Counted from the first letter of the whole stretch, positions 1 through 12,018 are shown. The stretch is DNA of 62,921 nt, filler included, from Reticulomyxa filosa (GCA_000512085.1; 20 parts of 20 records of this genome joined end to end with filler, not necessarily neighbours in it), one strand, 5' to 3'. Notes: generated by a model not told the origin, from the sequence alone. Made by a program: numbers and translations.

Positions 1-40
<40 letters not shown>

Positions 41-518
41 GTTGCATATTCTCTTGCGACTCCATTTTTTTTGCTGCTGAGCTTTTTAATGTTTTGTTCC
101 CCCCTCCCTCCCCCCTTTTTTTTTTTAAATGAAAAGATGACTGTCGAGTTTGCAAATGTAGTTGGAGCAGAATTTGCATTTTAACTTTTTTTCTCTACAT
201 TTTTGGACAATTTCAACTTTTTTTTTTTTAAATTAAATAAAAAGATATATTGACAAGGTGTAAGAATTGAATTACAATCGACAGCAAAAAAAAAAAAAAG
301 GGTTCTATAATGTTCTGCAATTGTTTTATGTTTGATATTGTCAGTGCCAAATTGGACTGAATCCATTTGGACAGCGGCCAAATCAATATTTGTGCGTAGT
401 TAATTATTTCGTCAAATAGTCTTTGAAAAAGTTTTTTTGTTGTTAGTTCCTTTTTTTTTTTTTTGTTCGTTCGGTTTTTTTTTAAAGTGTCATTTAGTTG
501 TTTTATTTTACAAATAAA

Positions 519-1727
519 ATGATAGCAGTTCTCACAATTGAGGTCGGCCAAGCTGGCATACAACTAGGAAACGCAATCTTTGAACAATATTGTGCAGAAC
601 ACGCAATTGATAACGGTGGCAAAAGAAAAGAGAATGCAGGAAAGGATGACTATTTTAAGGTCTTCTTTGAAGAGACAGGTAGTGGACAATTTGTTCCTTA
701 TGACACTGCAGTTAATTGCTCTATTGGCAAATCGTTTTTCCGTGTTACGATAACTCACAAGAAAAAATATGTTGATTTGGAACATAACCTAATTGATGAT
801 GTAAAAAACGGCCCTTTTGCGGCAATCTCCCAAATTGAGTTTTTAGTCTATGGGAAAGAGGACGCAGCAAATAACTTTGCAGTGGTCATTATACAATCGG
901 TAAACAAATTATTGATAAAGTAAATGATTGAGAAAACTTGTCGATAATTGCGCCAATGTAATAGGCTTTGTAATTGGACACAGTGTAGGCGGAGGCACTG
1001 GTTCAGGGTTGGGCGTCTTAATGTTAGAACGTTTGGCGGTTGATTATAGAAAGAAGACAAAAATTAACTTTGAGATATACTATTCACCAAAATTGTCAAC
1101 ATGCGTCGTAGAACCTTACAATGCGTTGTTGGAGACTCACTGGCTGTTAGACCACACGGAAGCTTCTTTATTGTTGGACAACGAGGCCATTTACAGGATC
1201 TGCCAAAAATAATTGCGAATTGCCAAACCAGATTTAGATAACTTGGACAAATTAAAATCGAAGGTTATCTCCGCTATGACAGCGTCTTTGCGATTTAGAA
1301 GTGAATTGAACGTAGATTTAAACGAGTTTCAAACGAACTTAGTCCCTTTCATTCGTTTACACTTTATGATTAACTGAATGAGCCAAATTATTCCAAAAGT
1401 TGACGTATCAACTGCGCCAAACGATATCCAAAAAATAACAGATGACTGTTTTAAGAATTAGTTTGTGAAATAAACTGAATTTAATCACGCTGAAGATAAA
1501 TATATGGCTATTTAAACTATCGTGGTGATATAAAATTGAAAGAAGCAAATGCAACGGTCAAATGCTTAAAATCAAATAATAAAATTGCTTTAGTCAAGTG
1601 ATGCAAAGCTGGCTTCAAGATTGGCTTAAATGAGGTAACAGCAGTAACATTGGAATCTGATGATATTGGAGCTTTTAGTAAAAATGCAGTAATGATTGCC
1701 AACAATACGGCCATTTCGTGTGTGTAG
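519..1727 (+). pseudogene. Divergent alpha-tubulin pseudogene (Retaria alpha2-like), 3'-truncated
   Basis: Motifs [70 protein letters not shown] and NNTAIS. Frameshifts near 883 and 1514 and several in-frame stops (e.g. 1210, 1375). Homology ends near 1724, before the C-terminal helices. Confidence 0.93.
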
Positions 1728-1804
1728 TAAACACATTGCTCTTTGACAAATTTTTAATAAATTCAATGCACTCAATGTTTTAAAAGATTACAATCCAATT
1801 AGTT

Positions 1805-1935
1805 CTTTTCATGAAAAACCAACACTCAGATCTAATTTTTTTAAAAAATATCTACAAATCGTGTAGTTTTTAAATATCATTTTGGTTTTTTATTAAATCT
1901 TTCATAATTGTTTAAAAAATTTGAATATTTGAAAA
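1805..1935 (+). mobile_element. Dispersed repeat family 1, copy 1 (putative MITE/DNA transposon end)
   Basis: Core aaaatatCTACAaatcgTGTAGtttttaaatatcattttgg aligns with the copies at 17310-17472, 26417-26495 and 49900-50080. Confidence 0.7.
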
Positions 1936-3281
1936 TTTTTGAGAAAAAGTTGACAATCGTGCGTATGTCGTAACCATGAAACTTGCCAACTTTTTTTAAG
2001 CATTTTCAGAAAATTCTCAATGCGTAGATAATAATAAAGTATAACACATTCAATTCTTTTTTTTAAATAAATGTTGATACGTATCAGAAATAAGCACATT
2101 AACAAAAATATTTTTCAATCAATTTTTATCTATTGAAATATCTCATAGTTGTCAAAATTATTCATTGAATAATTGGAAAGTGTTTTTTCTTTTTTTCATA
2201 AACGCAAATCATTGGCTTAGCTTTGTTGTGTTGGCATCTGCTGCATGTGTTTTGATCGTATTCATAGTATTGGGATATGCATGATGAAAATGAAATGATA
2301 TCCGAAATTGTGGCTCTTATCGACCGGATTATTGCAGACAATATGTCCTTACTTGCATCCAAACTGATAGGCGTGGAGATGCTTATACAATTGATTCATC
2401 GACGACGTGAAAAGAATATCAATGCTATCAAAGGTATTACTGTTGAAATCATTGATACTGTGGTCTCTTCTTTCATCCAGTGTCACATTGAAATCGAAAT
2501 GGAAAGGATGAACAACGGAAATGAGGATTATCAGAATGATAATTGTAATAGTAATGACAAACTTTTGAATAGTTAAATGCAGATCAATTATGAACAAAAG
2601 AAAGGACAACAGTATGAATTCTCTGTGTCGCAATTCTTGAAACAAACAATGATACTACTTTTGGGATGATGGAAGTGGTGTGACCAGAATGGATTGTGTT
2701 TAAGCGAATGGCTACATTGAACATGAATTGTGAAGGAGATAAACACTCGCTTGGATCAAGCCTTTTGTGTATATTTTGATACAGTGAATATTCATGTACA
2801 ATATTCAAATGTCTTTCAATTCCAAAACCGTTAAAAACAACAGAAACAAAGAACAATAACATTTAAACTGAATATTCTTTTTCACAAAACTCGAGAAAAA
2901 AAAAATCATTTTTGGTATTTTAAGTCTACATTGCTATTGTTTTCTTTAGTTTATCAAAATTGTTTGTAATTCAAACTTTCACTTTTTAACGTTAAAAAAA
3001 AAGTCTCCATGTTACTGAACAAAAAAAACCGAAAATGTTCTTTTAGTTTTATTTCATTGCAAAAAAAGGTTGCAAATTGATATTATGAACAAGTTACACA
3101 AAAAAGTTAACTTTGTAAGTTTCTGTACAAGCAAATAATTGTATATATAGCTAAAAAAGCAACTATATAAACAAAAAACACAAATAACTAGTATCTAACA
3201 AACGCTACAATATTCAAGAAGCAAAATCTTAATATTAAAAAAAATAAAAAATGCGAAAAAAAATGAAAAAGCGAAAAAGAA

Positions 3282-3381
3282 NNNNNNNNNNNNNNNNNNN
3301 NNNNNNNNNNNNNNNNNNNNNNNNNTTAATTAATTAANNNNNNNNNNNNNNNNNNNNNNNNNNNNNNNNNNNNNNNNNNNN
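3282..3381. other. Artificial contig-joining linker (first of 19)
   Basis: 44 N + TTAATTAATTAA (stops in all six frames) + 44 N. Identical 100-bp linkers start at 3282, 12019, 17157, 22617, 24246, 26496, 28326, 30506, 31825, 34973, 38507, 41410, 42810, 46740, 48192, 49477, 52186, 55931 and 57327. Confidence 0.99.
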
Positions 3382-3474
3382 TTGGTTGGGTGTGCTTCTT
3401 TTTTTCTAAAAGAAACAAAAAAAAAGATTCAAAAAAGGTACCCCCCAGACAGATAGATTTTTTTTGGAACAAAC

Positions 3475-3773
3475 TTGATATTTCTCTTTTTCGTCAGGGT
3501 GTTTGTCTGGATGCAATTGCAATGCCTTTTTACGATATGCTTTGGTTATCTCTTGTTGTGTCGCATTTTTTTGGACTCCAATTATTTCATAATACTTTGT
3601 ACTGTTCGTGAAGCTCCTCCCTGTCAATTTTATCCCCCATTTTTTTTTATTCAACAAGCTCAACGTGACGTCTTGTGAAAACTCTAAAACAACAAGAATA
3701 TAACCTCATCACCCATATTTGCATCTTCGGCCTCCCCAAACCCTCCCATGCCTGGAAATCCATTAAAAAACAT
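3475..3773 (-). CDS. DnaJ/Hsp40 co-chaperone (DnaJA-like), 5' part only, two exons
   Basis: ATG at 3773 gives [17 protein letters not shown]. After an intron comes the J-domain [33 protein letters not shown] (HPD motif). Truncated by the contig end; exact splice sites uncertain. Confidence 0.9.
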
Positions 3774-4927
3774 ATCTTTCTTTATGTAAAGGAATCCTTA
3801 CGACACTTAATTGCAAAATAAGATCACGCCCTTTTATTTGTTAAAGCTCCTCAAAAAAACGAAACGTCTTCATTTGTTTACATTCACCTATGTAAAGACA
3901 ATAGTTCTTCTTAGGCAATTGTTAAGCGTCTAGCAGATAAGCCTTTATCTGGATTGAATAAAGTAATTTTCTAATCTCAGACACATTCAGTATGCTGAAA
4001 CTATTTACTATTTATGACAAAAGTTGCACATGAAGATCATTATTTGTTTTACTTGCTCTTGCACATTGCGAAACTAAAAAAAATAAAAATGTCAATTTAA
4101 AAAAGATAGTGTTTTGATGTTGACTCTTTCGTTGAGTTTGCACAGTGGCTGTTCAAAAACACTTTTGTCAAAGTGATTGTTGTAATTTTAAAAAATCATG
4201 TTTTGTATTGCGTTTAACAAACTTGAAAAAATTTTATCATTTGCAAGTTGCTTAACTAGTCAAAAATAAATTAAATAAGATTTAATAAAAACTGTTTGTA
4301 TTGCAAGTCCAAACTATAAATTGCTGAACTATGAAAGAGTTGATTAGCCAACAGTGTTTGTTAAACTTCTCCACAAACTTTATTCAATATTTGTTTGTTT
4401 CTCTTTCTTTTATTGTGTCATTTATCTTTTATTTGTTTAATTTACTTTTGTTTTGCCGAAAGCCGATCTCTTTTTGGTTTAACCTTTTCGTATTACATTT
4501 AGTACAGTCTCTTATCAGCAGCAGACGTCACAAATTTGTGTCAATATCTTTGTTTGATTGCCTTTTTTGTTGTTGAATTAAATAAACACAAAATATTTGA
4601 TGTACGTATACGACATAAATGTAAAAAAAATATCATGAATATATAAACTCGCAGATACTGAAGGACCCGATATGAAAGAAAAAAAAAAGCATTGTCTGTT
4701 TTTCAAATGTACCTGTTTTTAATTAAAGTTAAAACAAGCTTGTGGACACATTCATAATTTGCAGCGTTTTGTTTTTTTCTTCTTCTTAGAGAATGCATTA
4801 TCTAGCAAAGCTAAATAAAATTGAATAAGTGAAGAAAATAATTATTTTAAAAACTTGTCAGAGTTTTTTTTAAAACAGTAAGAAACTTAAGGGACTTTTT
4901 CACGCAAAAGCAAAAAACCAAGGAAGA

Positions 4928-5323
4928 ATGTGCTTTCAAGATACATGCAGTAGTTGCAGTCTAACAACCTGGGCTGGCTGTGGCAGACACATTGAGTCGG
5001 CAATGGAAGGTGTTTCGTGGTCTTCTCGCTGCAAATGCAAGTCATCAGTTGAGAATATTCCATGTACCTTTAAAAAAGAAAAAGCTTAGAAAAAGTTGGC
5101 AAGCTCTATAATGTTTTTTGTTTGTCTTGCGTTGTTGTTGATTTTGTTACTGAAATAATTGCAGAAGACCAACGTTTACCAAGGGTATTGTAGCGGATGT
5201 GAAGCGCACATGCAAGCAACGTCAAAAACACGTTTACAGGAATTGTTTTCTGCTCACCAAGAACAATCCTCGAAGTGCAAGTCAGTTACGATGACTTTGG
5301 AAACCGATCCAAGCAAATCTTAG
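4928..5323 (+). CDS. Small Cys-rich putative metal-binding protein, probably two exons (4928-5047, 5165-5323; 92 aa)
   Basis: Exon 1 reads MCFQDTCSSCSLTTWAGCGRHIESAMEGVSWSSRCKCKSS. A GT..AG intron spans 5048-5164. Exon 2 reads KTNVYQGYCSGCEAHMQATSKTRLQELFSAHQEQSSKCKSVTMTLETDPSKS*. The unspliced alternative ends at 5089 (53 aa). Not in the ORF track. Confidence 0.75.
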
Positions 5324-5542
5324 TTTTGCAACCAAACGCACATAAAAAATGTGTGTTGACTAAAACTCAGTCAACTTGCACTCGTTTGTCGCTTATGCGG
5401 TTTGTTAGTCGCTTTACTTGTTTGATAACATAATTTTTACGTTTTAACCGCCAAATTTTAATCAAAAAAACTACTTTCTTTTTCCAGTCGCAAAAGAAAA
5501 AGAGAAAAAAGGGGGATGGTCAAACGCTTTTGAGTCACGAAA

Positions 5543-7435
5543 ATGCGTTACTATCCAGGCGTACTTTTGTTCCTGCTTGTGCAGGCCTTGCAACTGTATG
5601 TTTGCAAAGCGGTGTCTTTGCAACAAAATGCACTACCAGTGAGACTTGAGACAGTAACGAACTTGTTCAACTTGGTGTTGGAGAACAAGCGTGTATTGGT
5701 TAACTTTTATAATGCCAACGATCTGCATTCAAAACTGGTAGACTTTGAATTTTCTCGAGCAGCACAGGTGATTCACCCCAATCCAAAATATGTGACAAAG
5801 CTGGCCGTATTTGATGTAACCCATATCAACAACAACTCGGACGTGGGATCACTGTGCAAAGAGTACGAAATAAAAGCCCGCGATTTTCCGCATCTGCGTT
5901 ATTTCGTGGATCATGACATGCACAAAGCACGAAGATATGATGGGAGCCGGCATGAAAACGGGATAATAAAATGGATCCAATTGCAAGAAGAGCCATCAGT
6001 ATTTGCAATATCAAATGCAAAAACGTGGCAACAGTTTATCAAGTCCCATACTCATACATTGATCGCATACCTTCCGCCCAGTCAAGAGAAAGAGAAAGAG
6101 GAGGGCCAGTACAAAGAGTTTTTGACAACCTTTGACAAAGTGGCCCAAGCCCATCGCAAATGGAACGACACCTCGTTTGGATTTGGTGTAGTCCGTCAAA
6201 CCGAAGGAATCGTCGCAATGAACTTTTCACACGAATACCAATACCGAGGCAATGACACTACGTGGTGGCCACTGGATTTGTGTGACGAAGGGGAGTTAAG
6301 CCACATTGCTCAAAGTGATCCCTACGTACAAGCACGTATATCCTTAGGTTTGCAAGCGTTTTCCAAGCCACGAGTGATATTGTACCAAAGGGTGGTCAAT
6401 CCACATCACGTTCGTTACAACCGAGATTTCAGAGAGATTGAGTTTATGCGGCAGCCATTTCAAGCCCAAGGATTGTTTGAAGCACTGATGGATTTTATTG
6501 AGCAAGAAACGCTGCCAATGGCGGAAGAAATCGATGGAAAGAATTACCAGCGATATATGAAATACCACAATCCGTATACGTATCAATACCACCGGTCCGA
6601 TTACAAAGCCATGGTATGGATTGCATTGACAAACATGACTGACCCAAATGAAGCCGCATTTGTTCAAGACGTCGCTTCTTTTTATTATGATGTCGCTCAG
6701 CGCTATAAGTATCAGGGCCTGTTGTTTGCAATCATTGACTTTGGTCGTTTCCCTAAACATGTTCAGATGCTGGGTATTCCGTCAGTCCCTGCTCTTTTGA
6801 TCGTGCAAGGACCAAACAAGTTTTTATATCCTTCTCGCCAATCTATTCTTTCCGCTTCTGACGTGCATGACTTTTTTGCACGCTTTCTTCGTGACATGCT
6901 TCCTGTCTATCGCGTCGCCTCGGATGACACGTCCGAAGGAAATGCCACTTTTGTAAACGATCAAGTTAAAGCTGATCCTACATTGCCACATGTATCTTTG
7001 CCTGCGAATTTCGATCCCAATGCCACTTTGACGATGGAAAAAGGAGTGTATTTGGTCAATGGACGTAACGTGGATAACGCGTTGATTGCGTGGAATGCAC
7101 GTGCGCATATCTTTATGTGCTACTACGCTAATAATGATAGCCCATCGCGCCAGTTTTTGCTGGAGCTGCAGAAGATTGCACGACATGTGTCTCAAGACAA
7201 TTGGCTCAATGAATCCGGCCACAAAACACCCATTATTGTGATGCAAATTGATTGCATCAATAACGACTGTCCTGAAACTATTGGCACGTTTCCACATGTC
7301 CGCTTTTATGCAAAAAATTCAATTCACTCCTTTCTTGGAGGAATTGGGCTACCCGTTCATTTGACTAACAACAATGGCACCAATGATATTCGTTTTTATA
7401 AAGGAGGAGCCGGATTGCAATGTTCTGGTGCTTAA
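5543..7435 (+). CDS. Secretory-pathway PDI-like multi-thioredoxin-fold protein lacking CxxC active sites
   Basis: 630-aa intronless ORF with an N-terminal signal peptide. Trx-like segments are VLVNFYNANDLHSK...FPHLRYF...YDGSRHENGIIKWI and IFMCYYANNDSPSR...IDCINNDCP...FPHVRFY, with b/b'-like central domains. Confidence 0.8.
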   Translation: MRYYPGVLLFLLVQALQLYVCKAVSLQQNALPVRLETVTNLFNLVLENKRVLVNFYNANDLHSKLVDFEFSRAAQVIHPNPKYVTKLAVFDVTHINNNSDVGSLCKEYEIKARDFPHLRYFVDHDMHKARRYDGSRHENGIIKWIQLQEEPSVFAISNAKTWQQFIKSHTHTLIAYLPPSQEKEKEEGQYKEFLTTFDKVAQAHRKWNDTSFGFGVVRQTEGIVAMNFSHEYQYRGNDTTWWPLDLCDEGELSHIAQSDPYVQARISLGLQAFSKPRVILYQRVVNPHHVRYNRDFREIEFMRQPFQAQGLFEALMDFIEQETLPMAEEIDGKNYQRYMKYHNPYTYQYHRSDYKAMVWIALTNMTDPNEAAFVQDVASFYYDVAQRYKYQGLLFAIIDFGRFPKHVQMLGIPSVPALLIVQGPNKFLYPSRQSILSASDVHDFFARFLRDMLPVYRVASDDTSEGNATFVNDQVKADPTLPHVSLPANFDPNATLTMEKGVYLVNGRNVDNALIAWNARAHIFMCYYANNDSPSRQFLLELQKIARHVSQDNWLNESGHKTPIIVMQIDCINNDCPETIGTFPHVRFYAKNSIHSFLGGIGLPVHLTNNNGTNDIRFYKGGAGLQCSGA

Positions 7436-9799
7436 GTGCCATGGTATTATCCATTCGTTGAAAAACAACTTATTACCAACGATTCTTTGAAGACAATGGC
7501 GATGATATTATTATTACTGTCTTCAATTTGTGTTGCTATGTTGGTAATCAAAAACGACGTCGACGTTTTTTTATCCTTTAATTTTTTGTTTAGTAACCAC
7601 ATTTTTCTTGTTTTTTTTCTAATTTTAGTCAGAATGAAAGTAGGTACTTAGTTTTAGTATTCGTCTTCTTGTGTTGAATTTGTTGCACAAGTATTGACAT
7701 GTTAAAATTACTAAAATATTTTCGAATCGTATGAGATGCTGTCCGATTTGGGCATTCTAAACAAATTTTGTCTTTTCATCAAAAGTAGTTACAAACTGCC
7801 CCAATACTTAGCTTTCTCAAGCAAATAATTAAACACATATTTTTCTTTTTCACTGTAGGCTTCTATCAACATTCACAATTTTTTCAATTGGATCTAACGT
7901 TTTAATTCGTTTTGTTTTGGATTATGAAAACAATTTTAAAATAAACGAAATTTAATATTACAAAACAAGTATTTTTTGGCAAAAAATAAGAAGTGTTGTA
8001 CACGTACTATAAAATTATGTTGATGTTTTATTTAAATATAAAAATTATGCAAAATTAAAAAAAACACATCAAATAAGCGTCATGACCTTGTGAAATTATT
8101 ATATATATTAAATTTTATTTAAATATAAGTGGCTTACAAAATTCAGCACATTCATCACACTTTTTATAAAAATTTTTTAAAAGATAGTATTTGTACATTT
8201 CAGTTAAAAAATTTTCAAAATATGTTAGAAATTAATTTTAGCTAACTTAGATACTATAAATTGGGAAATTGCTTTTTCATATTTATCACTTAAATAGACA
8301 TCAGTAAATTTACTTCATTTATCATAGTTTATGAAAGATTCATTTAGGAAAAAATAACTAAAAGAAGCTAAATTTTTCTTTTAAATTGTTAACAAATAGA
8401 AGCAAAAGAAAGCAGAGGTAATGGAAAAAAGCATGGCCAAGCACAGAAAAAACAAACGCAAACACACGAAGATTTCTACATGTTTTATCCTTAATCACTT
8501 GCCACAAATGAATAGGAAGTACAGTTTTTCGAATTGAACCTTTAGATGACTATGCTCTTTGATGAAACTGTTACAAACTTTTAAAAGATTTGAGGCAAAT
8601 TGAGTGAGGAGCGATACATATCGGTACAAAAATCACATTACATACTAATAGCCAAAGCACAGAATCAATTTAAGTTTTTACGTCAATTATAACGAACTTT
8701 TTTCGTTTTACTATAATGGACAAAGAAAATGCAACAATTAACAATTTGAGATTGGGTTGCATATGAACATTCAAATTCAGATCTTTCAGATATTTGTGTT
8801 TTCAAATTTCAGTATTTATATTTTACAATGGATAAAATTTACAATTCAATCAAAGAAACATTGAGAACAACATAAATAACTAAATCTCTATCGGAAATTC
8901 AATGTGTTCATTTTTATTAATCAAAAGTTGATGTTATCTTGCTTGTTATGCGGCACATTTAAATTTAACAGAACATGTTTTTTATTATGCAATTGAAATT
9001 GTTTGTAAACAAAAGAACAATTTGTACTTTTTTTAAACAAGTTAATTTGTAAGAATAAAAGACTGAGATAAAAATTTAAAAAAAGAAGTGTATTGCATAT
9101 ACATGAAAATGGAGTTTTGTTAAAATTTATATTCATTCACTAAAAATATATAAACGAAATTATCCTGAATTCAGTAACAAAATTTTTATATATTAAATTT
9201 TGAAATGTAATTATATGTACTTTCACCCCACCCCCTGAAAATCATAACATGAATAACACTTTCTATAAATTTTTTTTAAGGTAATTTTTTATATTTGTAA
9301 TAAGAACTTATTAAAATATAAAGTAAACATTGTGTAACTTAGAAAAAAATGCTTCAAAATTTTGTTATTATTTTGTATATTTTTTATAAATGCTATTTAA
9401 TTTAGCAATGTAATTTTAATGTGTTTAGTTTACAAAATTTTTGTATCGTTTTTGCTAATTTGTTAAGTGACAGATTTTTTTATTGATATGGCTATCGTAA
9501 AAAAATCTCAATTTTCTAGAAAGAATTGTATTTGACGGTTAGTCTGAAATTGTGAAAAGATAGTGCTCAATTGTCCTTCAAACAGGATGTTTCAAGCCAA
9601 ACAAGCAATTTCAAAAAATGAAGCAAATAATGCAAATCCCACCTTTTAGTTTTGACTCAATGAAGGAACAAGAAACAACAAGTAAAAAAATAAAAATACT
9701 TTTTTTTGTTTTTATTTTGAAATTAAAGTTGGCTTGCTCATAAAGGTTTGAACGTCCAATTTTTGTTTGTTGTAGAATAGTAATAGTAGTTTGGGTCGT

Positions 9800-11914
9800 C
9801 TATCTGCTAACCATTTGCAGTACTCCGGCAGCCACCAACAATTCGATTTTTTCGGCAATTCTTGGTTTGTCTCGCATAGCACGGAAGAGAATGCTTTGAT
9901 CACCGCTTTGAGCTTGAAGTAGAACACTTGAAACTTCAGGATCATTCATTGCGGATTTAATATCAGGATCTTCCAATACTCTTTGTCTTGCTGCATCATC
10001 CACTTCACCGCTCATGTTGCGTTCTTGAATGGCACGCATTGTCTAGTGAAGCAGCACATATAATTATAAACGACAAACAAACAAAGCAAACAAATAAAAC
10101 AAACAAACATCTTGTTTAGCAGCCTTCAAATCAGAATTATTGGCATCAATTTCGGCGGCCTTTCGATAGCAAAGTAAAGACTTGTGATACTGTTTTAAGA
10201 CATGGTAGATTTTGCCTTGTCTGATTAGCGCCTTGATAAATGTGGGATCAATTTTTAAGCAAGTTTCACAATCTTTGAGAGCAGCCTCCCATCCCATAAG
10301 CTTACAGTAAGCGGTAGCTCGGTTGCTATACAGCAAAGGTTCCTTGGGATTTCTTCGAATGGCTTCCGTGTATTCTGCAATTGCATCTTGCCATTTGCCT
10401 TGTTTGAAATAGTTGTTTCCTTGTTCTTTGTGTTGTTGTGATTTCTCAGGATCCAAATACGCCTTTTCGCGTTCTTGTTCCACCTCCCTTTCCATCTGCT
10501 TTACACGCTTTTTCAACGTCTCGTCTTTCTGTTCAAGGAGTGCTTTTCGGTAGTATTCCAGCGCTTTTCCTTTGTTTCCGCGCTTTTCTTCCACGCTACC
10601 CATTCGACTGAACGCCTTAAATGTCCATTTCAAATCGCAAAAGTACTGCCGACATAATACAATAGCCTCTTGGCATTTTTCAATGCACGTATCCCACTTT
10701 TCTTGCATAAACAGCACAGCTGTTCAATTTTTTTATTTTTTTATTTTTAAATAAAAAAGATCATCATTTGATAAAACCCCCCCCCCCAAAAAAAAAAGAT
10801 ATCAACATACACATACCACTTTGGTTAAGCAAATAAGCAGGATTTTTGGGATTGATTTCAAAGGCCTTTTGATAACATTGCATGGCTTCATCAAAGTTTT
10901 TTGCTCGTAAAACTGGTTTCCTTTGGCCTTTTGTGCTTCTGCTTCTTTTTCTTTCTGTTGTTCTTCACGACGTCGACGCAGCGCATCCTCTTCTTTTTTC
11001 TTTTGTTCTTCCGCCTCTTGTCGTTCTTGTTCCAGCTCTTCGGAGGTCTTGCCTGTCTTTTCTTCTGAAGCTGTTTCTTTTTCTTTTTCTTTTTCTGCTT
11101 CTTTTTTCTTTTCATTTTCTCCTTCAATCACAACATTTCCATGCTCGGCATCATCTTCATCCTCCTCGTGATCCTCCTTTGCCTCTGTTTCCGCATTTCC
11201 GCTTTCTGGCGCATCTCCACTGTCTCCCTGCGGTCCTCCCTTCCTCCCCCACGTACACGTATACACATATTATAATCAGAGGACACATATGTGGTATAAA
11301 CATTACATACAAAATCAAATGAATGAATATAAAATTATAACAATGTATAAAAACAAAATTGGACTACGAGAGAGAGAGAGAGTAGAGTAGTCATCAAAAC
11401 ACAAGGTCCAAAACAAAACTTCCTCAGGTCCCATTTTCATTCCCAACATGACCTCGAACAGTTTCTGGATTTTCGGGTCCTGCAACAGGCCCAATTGCAT
11501 CGCCATTTGTGGATTGTTTTGCAGCATATTCACTTTTTGAATAAAGTCTTTGTCCGCTGCAAAAGCTCGCAATTCCGGGTTCGCATGAATCATCGGCCAT
11601 ATTTCCGGTCCAAACAAGCCTCGACCACCTCCTCCTCCTCCAGCACCCGTATCGTCAGCCCTTTGCGCTGCTTCGCATTCCTCCAAGCCTTCTTTCAAAC
11701 TACTATTATTCGGTTCAATTTTCAGCCCTTTTGTTAAATATTTTTTCATTATTATTATTATTATTTTTAAAATAAAAAGAATAAAATCAAAAAAAAAAAA
11801 AAAAAAAAAAAAGGGGAACATGTCTATAACAAAGGTTTACCTTCTTGATAAGCAATTTTTGCTTCATCTAACTTGTTCAGTTTGAACAAAGCAAGTCCTT
11901 TACGGGAGTATCCC
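9800..11914 (-). CDS. STI1: STI1/HOP Hsp70-Hsp90 organising protein, multi-exon, 5'-partial
   Basis: TPR1 end (GYSRKGLALFKL), DP1 (LQNNPQMAM..LLQDPKI), TPR2A (AEAQKAKGNQFY), TPR2B (HKEQGNNYFKQGKW..YTEAIRRNP..YSNRATAY) and DP2 (LEDPDIKSAMNDPEV..LVAAGVL). One -1 frameshift in an A6 run at about 10897-10902. Confidence 0.93.
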
Positions 11915-11986
11915 TGAATTTAAAACAAAAATAATTTATTATTATTATTTTTTTTTTGTTGTCTTTATTTATTTATTTTTTTTTTT

Positions 11987-12018
<32 letters not shown>

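Noticed and set aside
1210-1602. In-frame TAA/TGA in tubulin and elsewhere as a sign of an alternative genetic code
   Set aside because: The stops co-occur with frameshifts and missense decay. Intact genes use TGG for Trp and CAA/CAG for Gln and end at standard stops.
2277-2862. ORFs of 92-99 aa downstream of the tubulin pseudogene
   Set aside because: No recognisable domain or splice structure; at best a decayed fragment.
3774-4927. Heat-shock elements in the DnaJ/small-gene divergent intergenic region
   Set aside because: No convincing array of three alternating nGAAn units was seen.
7421-7432. C-terminal CSGA of the PDI-like ORF as a CaaX prenylation signal
   Set aside because: The protein has a signal peptide (lumenal), the motif is a poor CaaX, and the true C-terminus is in doubt.
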